Below the pieces are notes generated by a model, which was not told the DNA's origin, made no database searches, and worked only from the letters and a program-made list of their open reading frames with translations. Made by a program: the position numbers and the translations under genes. A stretch of DNA of 48,510 nt from a virus (Duplodnaviria; Caudoviricetes), in IMG/VR virus record IMGVR_UViG_3300044475_000316, positions 1-48,510 of that record. One strand, written 5' to 3'. Shown here piece by piece: positions 34,565 to 43,498 of this stretch; the first letter of the stretch is position 1, and every line of letters begins with the position of its first letter.

Positions 34565-34605
34565 AAAAAAGCCCGCCGAAGCGAGCCCTGTAATGTGCGT
34601 GGATA

Positions 34606-34809
34606 CTATTCCTGAGCGGAACTGGTGTCCTTCTGACGTATCTCAACGATTCGAGACTGTTCATCCACGATGATAAGCACTGTCTCATCCCCAGCGAAAG
34701 CCATCAAATTATCTTCTTTAGAGATGATTCGACAGGGCATCCCTATCAGCTCTTTAACTGATGTTGGCGCTTTCCACGGCCACGGCACAGGACGAGTATC
34801 TGTTGTCAT
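34606..34809 (-). CDS. Small hypothetical protein
   Basis: 67 aa from ATG 34809 with GGAG RBS, followed by a hairpin and T-run. Confidence 0.55.
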   Translation of the reverse strand: MTTDTRPVPWPWKAPTSVKELIGMPCRIISKEDNLMAFAGDETVLIIVDEQSRIVEIRQKDTSSAQE

Positions 34810-34885
34810 AGGCTCTCCGTTTATCATGTGAAAATGGCATGACTACCATTTGAGCCTAATAGACTTTTTGGATAACGGAGCCCCT

Positions 34886-34916
34886 AAAACGACAAAACCC
34901 GCTCGGTGGCGGGTTT
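34886..34916 (-). terminator. tR'-like terminator
   Basis: AAACCCGC/GCGGGTTT stem just downstream of pR'. Confidence 0.75.
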
Positions 34917-34940
34917 CTTAACGGTGAACATACAATGCCC

Positions 34941-34980
34941 ATCGTTGGAACGAAATTAACACAAATTCGGGAAAAGTAAA
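34941..34980 (-). promoter_or_regulatory. Late promoter pR' with sigma70 pause element
   Basis: TTTACT-N16-TAATTT followed 6 nt later by AACGAT, the -10-like pause sequence of lambda pR'; directly after Q. Confidence 0.7.
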
Positions 34981-35017
34981 TAGCTCACGGTTGAAACGTA
35001 AGCTGTTTTCGTGAGCA

Positions 35018-35800
35018 TTATCGTGTTATCTGCTTGAGCTGCGCTTCTGCCCAGGCTTCTTCGATATCAAATTTCGTGATCAACTGGTCGTAAAACGGCT
35101 TAACCGACTTCTTCCAGGTATCCAGGCTGATCGCATCAGTAATCTGGCAAACAGCTGCATGGGCCTCAGTCGAAGGGATCCGCTCATAACCGCGACCACT
35201 GCAGCGCTTACATGTGCTGAATACTGGCACCCGCAGTTTCTTTGTTTCCTTCTGGTTTACGGCTTTTCCGCGCCCCCGGCAATCGCTACAGGCTGCGCTG
35301 ACCCGCCCTGCGCCGTTGCACTTTTTGCAGAACACTTTTACGGTCTCTTTAACTTTCACCATTCCGGCCACGGTCATCTTGCCTTCTGGCTTACGGTATT
35401 TGTTGGTGAACACGTCAGCCTCGATAAACCCCTGCCCCGCGCAGCAATCGCACTGTTTAACGCTGGCTGCGCTGCGGGAGTAGTCCTCAAACGCGAACGT
35501 CGCCAGCTGATGCATTACCAACGGCTTAACTCCTTCGCTCAGCTTGCGCAGCGCGGCAACCTTATCGCATTTTGTCAGCGCGTATTCGGTCAGCAGCGCG
35601 ATCGCTCTCTCCCGGTCGTTATGGCTGATCCCCATCTTCCCGAGGAAAGCGCTGTACCCCATAGCCGCGCGTTCCTGCGTCATGCCCATGGCTGCCATGA
35701 TATCCGTACCGGTCAGAGAATCCGATGCGGTGGCGCGCGGGGAGTCGCTGATCATCGTGGACTTTGCGAAGTGGTATTTCACGGTGTTTTCGAGGTTCAT
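35018..35800 (-). CDS. Late antiterminator Q (zinc-finger type)
   Basis: MNLENTVKYHFAKST..LTGTDIMAAMGM, four CxxC motifs; upstream of pR' and lysis genes. Confidence 0.9.
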   Translation of the reverse strand: MNLENTVKYHFAKSTMISDSPRATASDSLTGTDIMAAMGMTQERAAMGYSAFLGKMGISHNDRERAIALLTEYALTKCDKVAALRKLSEGVKPLVMHQLATFAFEDYSRSAASVKQCDCCAGQGFIEADVFTNKYRKPEGKMTVAGMVKVKETVKVFCKKCNGAGRVSAACSDCRGRGKAVNQKETKKLRVPVFSTCKRCSGRGYERIPSTEAHAAVCQITDAISLDTWKKSVKPFYDQLITKFDIEEAWAEAQLKQITR

Positions 35801-35937
35801 GCTACGGCTCCTGCCATCAGGTAAATGCGAATAAAGTTACGAAGGATGCGATAGTCCACCAGCACCGTTCCCGGGCGGCGATAAATGCGGAGGCGCAGCC
35901 AGCGCATGCGAAGCGATTCGATCAGTTCTGGTTTCAT
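35797..35937 (-). CDS. YlcG family small protein
   Basis: 46 aa MKPELIESLRMRWLRLRIYRRPGTVLVDYRILRNFIRIY, ATGA overlaps at both ends; read by hand, below the ORF track cutoff. Confidence 0.75.
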   Translation of the reverse strand: MKPELIESLRMRWLRLRIYRRPGTVLVDYRILRNFIRIYLMAGAVA

Positions 35938-36581
35938 GCTGCTACCTGCTGTTTTAGTTTTCTGAGCTTGGCGCGGTACTCGTCACGGATCTGGATAAAG
36001 TCATCGCGGCGGTAATTGGTCATTTCGTGAGGCCCATTCAGCCAGTCGACATATTCCTGCCCGTAACGAGCGATCAGTCCGTCTTCGTAGTTCTTCGCCA
36101 CTGTCGCCTCTTTGGCTGTGTACTTGCCGGAACCGGCATTGCAGGATTTGCATTGCTTATGGGCGTTGCGTTCTTCGAAGCGCAGTTCTGGATTAGCGCC
36201 GACTGTTTTGAAGTGGCCGCAGTCCCACTGACCGCCATGTAGATCTGGTGGGTTGGTCTCTCCACAACTTATGCATGGCAAATCGGCATCACGCGCACGA
36301 ATGAAGGCATTGAAAGCCTGTTGCGCCTGGACTTTGTAATAACTGGCAGGCCTTAGTTCGGCCAGGCGTGTTTTGCGGCGCTCACGCCCAGCCTTTTCCT
36401 CTTCGCGCTGACGCTTCTTCTCAGCACGCAAAGCCTCGGCGCGGTTCTTTGCTGTCTGCGCTTTGGCAACGGCAGTAGCGCATTCGTAGCTGCATACAAC
36501 CTGGCCATCGCGAGCCGGGTGGAACCACTCGCGGCAGTTCTGATTTGCGCACTTACGGCGGGGTTTCTTGGCCATGCTCAA
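35934..36581 (-). CDS. ninG: NinG/Rap Holliday-junction endonuclease
   Basis: FNAFIRARD..PCISCG, WDCGHF, LRFEERNAHKQCKSCN. Confidence 0.9.
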   Translation of the reverse strand: MSMAKKPRRKCANQNCREWFHPARDGQVVCSYECATAVAKAQTAKNRAEALRAEKKRQREEEKAGRERRKTRLAELRPASYYKVQAQQAFNAFIRARDADLPCISCGETNPPDLHGGQWDCGHFKTVGANPELRFEERNAHKQCKSCNAGSGKYTAKEATVAKNYEDGLIARYGQEYVDWLNGPHEMTNYRRDDFIQIRDEYRAKLRKLKQQVAA

Positions 36582-36778
36582 CCCCAGACCTTTTGGCGGA
36601 AGGTCCGCGGCGTTGGCTCGAGGTACTTAACCTCCTGCCGCTCTACGCTGACGGTCCAGGTAAGGTAATCGCGATTGAGGCTACGCGTTACAGCTACCCC
36701 GCGGCGCTGGTACTGCCGCTGAAGTTCATCGGCCTGTTCGGTTGTGCACTCGCTGTAGTGGAACCATGATTTCGCCAT
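36578..36778 (-). CDS. Small nin-region protein
   Basis: 66 aa, coupled to ninG. Confidence 0.7.
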   Translation of the reverse strand: MAKSWFHYSECTTEQADELQRQYQRRGVAVTRSLNRDYLTWTVSVERQEVKYLEPTPRTFRQKVWG

Positions 36779-36782
36779 CTGG

Positions 36783-37379
36783 TTATCCCCCGAAGCTCAT
36801 CAGCTGCGCGGCGGCGTTCTCAGCCTCGCGCTGATTGCTGAATGAACGGTGGAGGATGAATCGCCATAGTACGTTCAGCGTTTCGGTATAGAGCGGCACA
36901 AACGCTGTATCGTCCATATTCGCGAATGAAATGCTTTTAGGGCGCTTACGCTGGCTGCCATCAGGGAGGAATACCACGTCGTAATAACCGGCACAGACGA
37001 TTACCCACTCACGATAAGCGTCGAATGATTTGCACGCGGTAATGTTGGATGTGCGGCGGGCTGATAGGTCGCAGAAGAACTCCTCAGCATAGGATGCCAG
37101 TATGTCGCCATTGCCTACTCGTTGCGCCAGATAATCGGCGTACCGGCTAACAATGTGTTTCTCAGAAGGCGTGATCGCTCCACCAGCTGGCTCCCAGTAT
37201 TCAAAACCGAGGTTCAGTAGTGAAAAAAACTTGCGGTGTAGAGCTGCATTGCGGACGCGACGGAATTCACCTTCGAGAACCGCGCCGAGCTTACATTTTG
37301 AATGCAGAAAATCGCTGGTCTCCGGCGTGGCGGGGATCAGGATTCCTGATGACTGTTTGATGAGTTGTAACTGCGCCAT
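36783..37379 (-). CDS. DUF1367-like nin-region protein
   Basis: RNAALHRKFFSLLNLGFEYWEP and PKSISFANMD. Confidence 0.8.
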   Translation of the reverse strand: MAQLQLIKQSSGILIPATPETSDFLHSKCKLGAVLEGEFRRVRNAALHRKFFSLLNLGFEYWEPAGGAITPSEKHIVSRYADYLAQRVGNGDILASYAEEFFCDLSARRTSNITACKSFDAYREWVIVCAGYYDVVFLPDGSQRKRPKSISFANMDDTAFVPLYTETLNVLWRFILHRSFSNQREAENAAAQLMSFGG

Positions 37380-37462
37380 GGACGTTCTCCGTGGCGCATC
37401 GTGGTCAGGTTACCGGTTGTTCAGGCCGATACAAACATTATGCTATTCAGGTGCTAAAAAGG

Positions 37463-37678
37463 TCAATTGTTGGCTGACAACTCCCTGACGATCTCGACCA
37501 GCGTTTCATGAGATATGACGCGCTCATCCGCTTGGAGGTGCTTATGTCCGATTACTGCACCAGCAGAATTTATCATCACGCGATCCCCTGGCCGGAGTTT
37601 AAACGAACTTACAGGCGCTCCGTCTGAACGCCTCACGAGATCGTAATACTCACCTCCATCAGAACAAACCTCAGCCAC
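37463..37678 (-). CDS. Small LexA-downstream protein (candidate antirepressor)
   Basis: 71 aa, GTG start, GAGGGG RBS, about 155 nt downstream of a LexA box. Confidence 0.6.
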   Translation of the reverse strand: MAEVCSDGGEYYDLVRRSDGAPVSSFKLRPGDRVMINSAGAVIGHKHLQADERVISHETLVEIVRELSANN

Positions 37679-37832
37679 ATCAACCCCCTCACTTTGCTAA
37701 CCTCAAATACTCTCTCCCGGCGGGGAGAACTCCACTCCACAGAGCCAAAATAACAAATGGCGCAAATTTCCTAATAGGTTCGCCGGAAGAAAAATTCATT
37801 TTATTCTGTAGCACTTAAACCATACAACAAAA

Positions 37833-37852
37833 CACTGTATGCATAAACAGTA
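37833..37852. promoter_or_regulatory. LexA (SOS) box
   Basis: CACTGTATGCATAAACAGTA fits CTG-N10-CAG. Confidence 0.85.
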
Positions 37853-38228
37853 ATTATTTGTTTGGCTTAAGTATGCACATGAAATGCATGCCTGCACAAA
37901 CCCGTTCATCTAATTGATTTTAATAAATATTATTATCACTGAGCGCTACCCTTAATTGTCTTCATCAACAGATATTTTTGTTATGATCCAACTCGTAAGC
38001 GTTGCTCAGAAACATCATCAAAGACCTTGCGAAAAGGTAGTCCAAGCCCAAATAGGAATTGATAGCTTCTGTCAAGCCATTAGCCAAATAGTTAACTGTT
38101 TGTTGCCAATTGGGTGGGTAAACTCTAAAAAACCTCATCCAATTCTCTAAATGAAGCAAAAATAATTTGATGAAATGTAGTTTTAACGCATAATGTCATT
38201 ATATTTTTGTTAATACGGTAAAAATAAG

Positions 38229-39497
38229 ATGCTTGTTGAATTTCGTGTCAAAAACTTCCGTAGCTTACGTGATGAGCAGGTGCTAAGCCTTGTTGCATCC
38301 AAAGACAAGAGTTATGAGGAAACCCATACTTTAAGCACTGGGCTAAGTGCTGTCCCAAGGTTGCTACGTAGTGCCGTAGTTTACGGTGCCAATGCGGGAG
38401 GAAAATCAAATCTTATCAAAGCACTGCAGTACATGCGGGGCGTTGTGCTTGAATCGGCTACGATAGTTCAACCGGGCCAAGACTATAGTGTTCAACCATT
38501 CCGCCTCGATGCAAATTCTGCCAACCAACCAACCGAGTTCGAGGTATCATTTCTCATAGAAGGAGTGCGTTATCAGTATGGCTTTGCCATGACATCGAAA
38601 CGCATTGTTAGTGAATACCTCTTGGTTTATAAAGCTTTTAAGCCACAACGTTGGTTCGAGCGTTACTTTGACGCTGAAACTGACAAAGATGTGTATGAAT
38701 TTGGTTCTGGCCTAAAAGGAGCTAAAAGTGTTTGGGAAGGAGCAACTCGTCCCAATTCTTTATTTCTGTCAATGGCAGTTCAGCTAAATAGCGAAGCTTT
38801 ACGGCCAATTTTTGATTGGTTTATGAATGGATTGGTGATTTTTAATGAGTTGTCACCTCTGAGTCCGCATATTTCGATCGACATGCTTCAACAATCTGAG
38901 GATCGTAAGCAAATATGTAATTTTCTTTCCGCTGCCGACATAAGCATTAGCGATATTGAGGTTGTCACTCGAAAGGTCAAAGGTCAAACTTTCCATTTCG
39001 ATCTTCAGGCAGGGAAAACAGAAGTACGCCATGAAGATACAGAAAATAAAGAGCTTCTATTTTCACATGTTACTGAACAAGGTCGCGCTGAGTTTAGTTT
39101 GATGGATGAATCCAACGGCACCCGAAATCTACTGTTCCTCACTGGTCCTGTTTTAGATATCTTACAAAAAGGCCTTACACTGATTTTTGATGAACTGGAT
39201 ACTAGTTTACATACATTATTGGTGCGTGAGTTGGTGAGACTGTTCCACCAACCTGATGTGAACACTGCTGGTGCTCAGCTTATTTTCAGTACCCATGATA
39301 CCTCGCTACTCGATTCGCCTGATTTATTCCGCCGGGATCAAATTTGGTTTGTCGAGAAAGATAGAAATCAAGCATCTTCTTTGGTAGCACTATCTGAATT
39401 TAGTCCACGGAAAAATGAAGCTCTAGAAAGAGGATATCTTATGGGGCGTTACGGCGGCATTCCATTCTTGAGTGATACTTTGGGGTTGAAAAACTGA
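38229..39497 (+). CDS. RloA/AbiLi-like ABC-type ATPase
   Basis: Walker A GANAGGKSN, signature ESNGT, Walker B LIFDELD, H-loop STHD, terminal YLMGRYGGIP. Confidence 0.88.
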   Translation: MLVEFRVKNFRSLRDEQVLSLVASKDKSYEETHTLSTGLSAVPRLLRSAVVYGANAGGKSNLIKALQYMRGVVLESATIVQPGQDYSVQPFRLDANSANQPTEFEVSFLIEGVRYQYGFAMTSKRIVSEYLLVYKAFKPQRWFERYFDAETDKDVYEFGSGLKGAKSVWEGATRPNSLFLSMAVQLNSEALRPIFDWFMNGLVIFNELSPLSPHISIDMLQQSEDRKQICNFLSAADISISDIEVVTRKVKGQTFHFDLQAGKTEVRHEDTENKELLFSHVTEQGRAEFSLMDESNGTRNLLFLTGPVLDILQKGLTLIFDELDTSLHTLLVRELVRLFHQPDVNTAGAQLIFSTHDTSLLDSPDLFRRDQIWFVEKDRNQASSLVALSEFSPRKNEALERGYLMGRYGGIPFLSDTLGLKN

Positions 39498-40180
39498 TGG
39501 CTCGTGATAATTCTCCGAAAGAACGCCAGAGAAAACAACTGGAACGAAAGCAAGGACAACGTGCCAGTTACGACCGCATACTGATCGTCTCAGAAGGTAG
39601 CAAGACTGAGCCAAACTATTTTAAGGAAATTCGTAAAGAATTCCGCTTACATACTGCCAATGTGACTGTGCAACCCAGTGAGTTAGGTACAGAACCGATA
39701 CAGGTAGTGCAGCACGCGAAAGATCTGTTTGAAAATGGCGATATTAAACAAAATATTCAGCCACGTGCCTTTGAGTGTGTATTCGCAGTATTTGACCGCG
39801 ATGACCATCGCACTTACTTCGATGCTCTGACTAGAGCTGAGGAACTTAATGGTAAGTTACGCAACGACAACAAAAAGCCTGTGAAATTCCAAGCTATTGC
39901 CTCTGTGCCTAACTTTGAATTTTGGCTTTTGATTCATTATGAAGATATTCAGGCTTCTATCCATCGTTATGAAGTGATGCGACGTCTAAAACAATATATT
40001 CCTGGTTACGAGAAAGGTGCCGGAGGCGCATTTGCTATCACCAATCCGCGCTTAAATATTGCAAGAGAGCGGGCAATAAAATTGGCTAATAAATTTTGCG
40101 CGTACCAAGCACCCGAACCCTATACTTCTATTCATGAGCTTGTCGAGTTGATGACCTTACTACGGCCGATTAACAAATAA
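39497..40180 (+). CDS. RloB/AbiLii-like TOPRIM-fold protein
   Basis: IVSEGSKTEPNYF, VFDRD, SVPNFEFWLLIH; TGATG coupling to the ATPase. Confidence 0.88.
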   Translation: MARDNSPKERQRKQLERKQGQRASYDRILIVSEGSKTEPNYFKEIRKEFRLHTANVTVQPSELGTEPIQVVQHAKDLFENGDIKQNIQPRAFECVFAVFDRDDHRTYFDALTRAEELNGKLRNDNKKPVKFQAIASVPNFEFWLLIHYEDIQASIHRYEVMRRLKQYIPGYEKGAGGAFAITNPRLNIARERAIKLANKFCAYQAPEPYTSIHELVELMTLLRPINK

Positions 40181-40261
40181 TGCCGGTTACCCGCATTATA
40201 AAATGCCTCTGAAGCAGTTTGCGGGTAATGTTTTCTAAATTTAGTTTGCGCAACTGCTTGT

Positions 40262-40381
40262 TCAGAATTCCGAATGCATCTTACGGTCGCTAAAGATATC
40301 CACGCTGCGGCCGACCGCCAGCTCAATTCCAGTACTCGCCCCGCCGCCACCGGCAAAGTTATCAACGATGATTTCTCTCAC
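40262..40381 (-). pseudogene. 5' remnant of a C5 DNA cytosine methyltransferase
   Basis: VREIIVDNFAGGGGASTGIELAVGRSVDI is motif I (FAGxGG). The frame stops about 10 codons later in AT-rich cassette DNA. Confidence 0.8.
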
Positions 40382-41124
40382 GCGTATTCCTCCATGGCGG
40401 CGGCCAGAGAACGGGCAGCAGCGATAACTGACGGTACCGGCATTTTCTCCAGCCACATGCGGTTGATGTGATGTTTCAGGCGGCGCTGGTGATGTGCCGG
40501 GAGATCCCCGGCGTTTTCAATCTGTCCGTAGACCATGCCCACTTCGGCAGGCCATACGGTTTCGGTTACATCCACCAGCAGCAGGCTTTCCAGTTCGACG
40601 ATCCGTTTTGTTGCGTAGTGCAGTTGCGGGTCAGATTTTTGCTGCTGCTCACCGTCTTTGACGAACGAGATCCAGTGGGTCTTGTCATTTTTCCCGGTGC
40701 GCTGGCCGATGATTGGCTTAACGTCTGTCAGTGCCAGAACCTGGCTAACCGGGATCTGCGTTTCGTTCCATTTGAATATGAGAACGCCGTGTGGCCGCAA
40801 GACCCGGAACGCCTCAGTAAACCCGGCGCGCAGGTCGTCGCGCCAAGTATCCTTGTTCAGCCTTCCGTATTTCTTTCCCATCCAGGCATCTTCGCCAACG
40901 CGCTCAAGGTGAGGCGGGTCGAACACCACCACAGGGAAAGTGTTCTCAGCGAACGGCAGTGCGCGGAAGTCGGCGAGCAAATCCGGACTGATGACTAGAT
41001 GGCGTCCGTCACAGAGGGTGTGTTCCTCGGCGCGGATGTCGCTGAATACGGCGCGCTGATCCTGCTTATCGAACCAGAACATGCGGGAGCCACAGCACAT
41101 ATCCAAAACTGTTTGCTCGGACAT
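40378..41124 (-). CDS. SAM-dependent methyltransferase with C-terminal extension
   Basis: LDMCCGSRMFWFDK, VVFDPPH, RVLRPHGVLIFKWNE. Confidence 0.85.
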   Translation of the reverse strand: MSEQTVLDMCCGSRMFWFDKQDQRAVFSDIRAEEHTLCDGRHLVISPDLLADFRALPFAENTFPVVVFDPPHLERVGEDAWMGKKYGRLNKDTWRDDLRAGFTEAFRVLRPHGVLIFKWNETQIPVSQVLALTDVKPIIGQRTGKNDKTHWISFVKDGEQQQKSDPQLHYATKRIVELESLLLVDVTETVWPAEVGMVYGQIENAGDLPAHHQRRLKHHINRMWLEKMPVPSVIAAARSLAAAMEEYA

Positions 41125-41125
41125 A

Positions 41126-41503
41126 TCACTCCCCCTCAACTTTGCTGCCGCACATCGGGCAGAAAACGAATTTACGGGCGAATCCCGGGTGCGGAACGGC
41201 AAAGCGCTTGGTCTTTTCGTTCCACTCTTCGATCACCCTGTCGAAGTCGGAGGCGGCATCAGCCCAATCGCCAGCGAGAATAGGCTTATTGCCAATCATT
41301 CCCACCATGCAGCGTTCGCATTTCACCTTCGCACGTACAAAGCGGGATGGCGACCAGTCGCAATAGGAGTCAGTTTCGGTGTGGCCGAACATAGCTTTAC
41401 AGCGACGAATGTGGTGGCAGTCACCGCATGTAGTGCCAGCCGGTAGCCGCATTTTGTCAGGGTCTGCCGGGTCGTAGTTCAGCGTTTTGGTGCTGTCGCT
41501 CAT
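41126..41503 (-). CDS. Cys-rich hypothetical protein
   Basis: CGDC, CERC and FCPMCG motifs; coupled to neighbours. Confidence 0.7.
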   Translation of the reverse strand: MSDSTKTLNYDPADPDKMRLPAGTTCGDCHHIRRCKAMFGHTETDSYCDWSPSRFVRAKVKCERCMVGMIGNKPILAGDWADAASDFDRVIEEWNEKTKRFAVPHPGFARKFVFCPMCGSKVEGE

Positions 41504-41844
41504 AGAGAAGCCCCCTGGCGAAGTAACGCATCATGAAGAACCATTGCGCCGACTTCTCGCTGAGCTGCTTCTTCGTAGCTAATGCCGTTCGTCTCCATGA
41601 TGCAGTCCCTTTCGAGATACTCGGAGCATTCATCCAGCGCTTTGCGGATACCCTGCTGCTGCACGGTCGCCAGCGCATCCCGCTGCTTCGTCATCTCGCG
41701 CAGCGCCAGGGTGGTGCAGTCCAGCCGCTCAGCCAGACGCGAAACAATCTTCGCGATGTCCATGATCGCCGTGTCGCAGCTCATCGTCTTCGCAAACTGA
41801 TGACCCACGGCCACCAGTTCTTTGTTGTTCAGTGAATCACTCAT
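41500..41844 (-). CDS. Ead/Ea22-like early protein
   Basis: ELVAVGHQFAK..AKIVSRLAERLD pattern and operon position. Confidence 0.55.
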   Translation of the reverse strand: MSDSLNNKELVAVGHQFAKTMSCDTAIMDIAKIVSRLAERLDCTTLALREMTKQRDALATVQQQGIRKALDECSEYLERDCIMETNGISYEEAAQREVGAMVLHDALLRQGASL

Positions 41845-42100
41845 GTGATACTCCTCGGTGCGTGTAACGCTCCATGTCAAAATCGATAACTGCCCGCTTG
41901 TCGCGGAAGACGCCGCAGCGCCCGTGGCGGATAAGTTCCCCCTGCTCTACGGCAGCCCGGATGTATTTCTCGGCAGTGGTGCGGTGCAGGCCGAAAATGG
42001 CGACGACATCGTTTGTCGTTGCGCGGCCATGTTTTTTCACAAGCTCGATAATCCAGGCGATGAACAGGGTGCGCTCGCTATGCGTTTTTGGTCTCGGCAT
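41837..42100 (-). CDS. Small winged-helix protein (DUF977-like)
   Basis: IIELVKKHGRATT..GRCGVF. Confidence 0.7.
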   Translation of the reverse strand: MPRPKTHSERTLFIAWIIELVKKHGRATTNDVVAIFGLHRTTAEKYIRAAVEQGELIRHGRCGVFRDKRAVIDFDMERYTHRGVSHE

Positions 42101-42797
42101 AACCCGCCTCCGTGTTTGCCAGCTGTTGCACGAGGTTTTTATGGCGGCCAACTACCCGGACCGCCTCGCGCAGTTTCTCCAGGCCCGCCAGTTTGTTTCT
42201 GGTGCGACGGATTTCGCGGGAGATCACTTGGACTGTCGGGATAATCTGTCCGGCCACATGCCTTTCGGTGAACGATGGGATCTCGCTGACGAACTGCTCC
42301 AGTGGTTTATCCGCGTCGGTAACGATAGAAGATACGGTGGCTGGCTCAGGTTCTGACGCTACGGTGACCAGCTTTTTCTCCACCGCACCCTCATGCATAT
42401 CTACGCGGACGGAATAAACAAACTTACCGTCAATTTTTTCACGCAGAATTTGGCCCTTTGTCATGTGGTAGGTCAGCATCGGTGCTACTCGTTTCGATTC
42501 GATACGCGCCAGGATTGCCAGTTCAGCGGAAGATTTTGGTCCATGCTCAGTCAGAAGCTGGATGAGGTCATTCACTGTCACTTTCACCGGCGGCCGAACT
42601 GCGGTTCTGACCGGTCTGGCTGACACAGGCTTTCCGGCAGGCAGCACCCAATAGCCATTGATCGGAGTAACCTCTTCGGTCGCCTCATGCTCACGCAGCA
42701 TGTTCAGCGCGGTCGCAGGCTCGATATCCAGACGACTCGCTACCTCGCGCGCCGTCGCCTTACCCATTGCTTTCAGAGCTTGAATTACAGTTTCCAT
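42078..42797 (-). CDS. Tandem HTH protein downstream of replication genes (DUF1627-like)
   Basis: METVIQALKAMGKATAREVA and ISREIRRTRNKL. Confidence 0.75.
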   Translation of the reverse strand: METVIQALKAMGKATAREVASRLDIEPATALNMLREHEATEEVTPINGYWVLPAGKPVSARPVRTAVRPPVKVTVNDLIQLLTEHGPKSSAELAILARIESKRVAPMLTYHMTKGQILREKIDGKFVYSVRVDMHEGAVEKKLVTVASEPEPATVSSIVTDADKPLEQFVSEIPSFTERHVAGQIIPTVQVISREIRRTRNKLAGLEKLREAVRVVGRHKNLVQQLANTEAGYAETKNA

Positions 42798-42808
42798 GAG
42801 GTTTCCTA

Positions 42809-43498
42809 TTAAATCAGACCAGCTGCTTTGCGTTTTTGGTATTCGGCCATCAGCATCTCTGCTGGGGTTGGTCCGCTGGCCTTAGCCGGGGCAGCGATGG
42901 CGCGGCGAACCGGCGGTACAGGCTTGCCAGCGGCTACTCGCTCTTCCCAACCTGAAAGCACTTTGCCGGCGGCCTGGCGCATCTCGCTTTCGGTCATCTG
43001 GCGATCGGTGCTCTGGCGGCGCAGTTCAATGCAGATGTGATACAGAACTGGCGCAGGCCAGGGGTACTGCTCGCTCGTCGGGAACCGAAATATCAGGCGG
43101 CGCCACTTCCAGTACTCAGTCATCACGTCGTCAACGCTGAATCCCAGGAGGTTGTGCCCCTCTTTGCACCATGCGACGAACTGGCCGGGAGACGGCAGAA
43201 AGGGTTTTTCCTGACGGCGCGCGATCCGCATACCAGCGGCAACCTGCGCCATGGTGGTGATCCCGTTCTCCTGGAAGGCCATAGCCCATTGGCGGCGAAG
43301 TTCGTTGAAATCGCTCTGCTCACGAAATCCAGCCATTGCCGCCGGGAACGCTGCGCGCAGAGCACTGAACAGGGCATTGAAGATTTCAGCCGTCTGCTCA
43401 GCCTGAGGGCGTTCTGCGGGGGCATCAGGCATACTGTGCGCAATGCGGCGCAGGCTTTCGCGATCGCAGCTCATCAGTTGTTCAGATAGTCTTTCCAT
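42809..43498 (-). CDS. Replication protein P (helicase loader, lambda P-like)
   Basis: RRQWAMAFQENGITT..GMRIAR..PFLPSPGQFVAWC. Confidence 0.88.
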   Translation of the reverse strand: MERLSEQLMSCDRESLRRIAHSMPDAPAERPQAEQTAEIFNALFSALRAAFPAAMAGFREQSDFNELRRQWAMAFQENGITTMAQVAAGMRIARRQEKPFLPSPGQFVAWCKEGHNLLGFSVDDVMTEYWKWRRLIFRFPTSEQYPWPAPVLYHICIELRRQSTDRQMTESEMRQAAGKVLSGWEERVAAGKPVPPVRRAIAAPAKASGPTPAEMLMAEYQKRKAAGLI

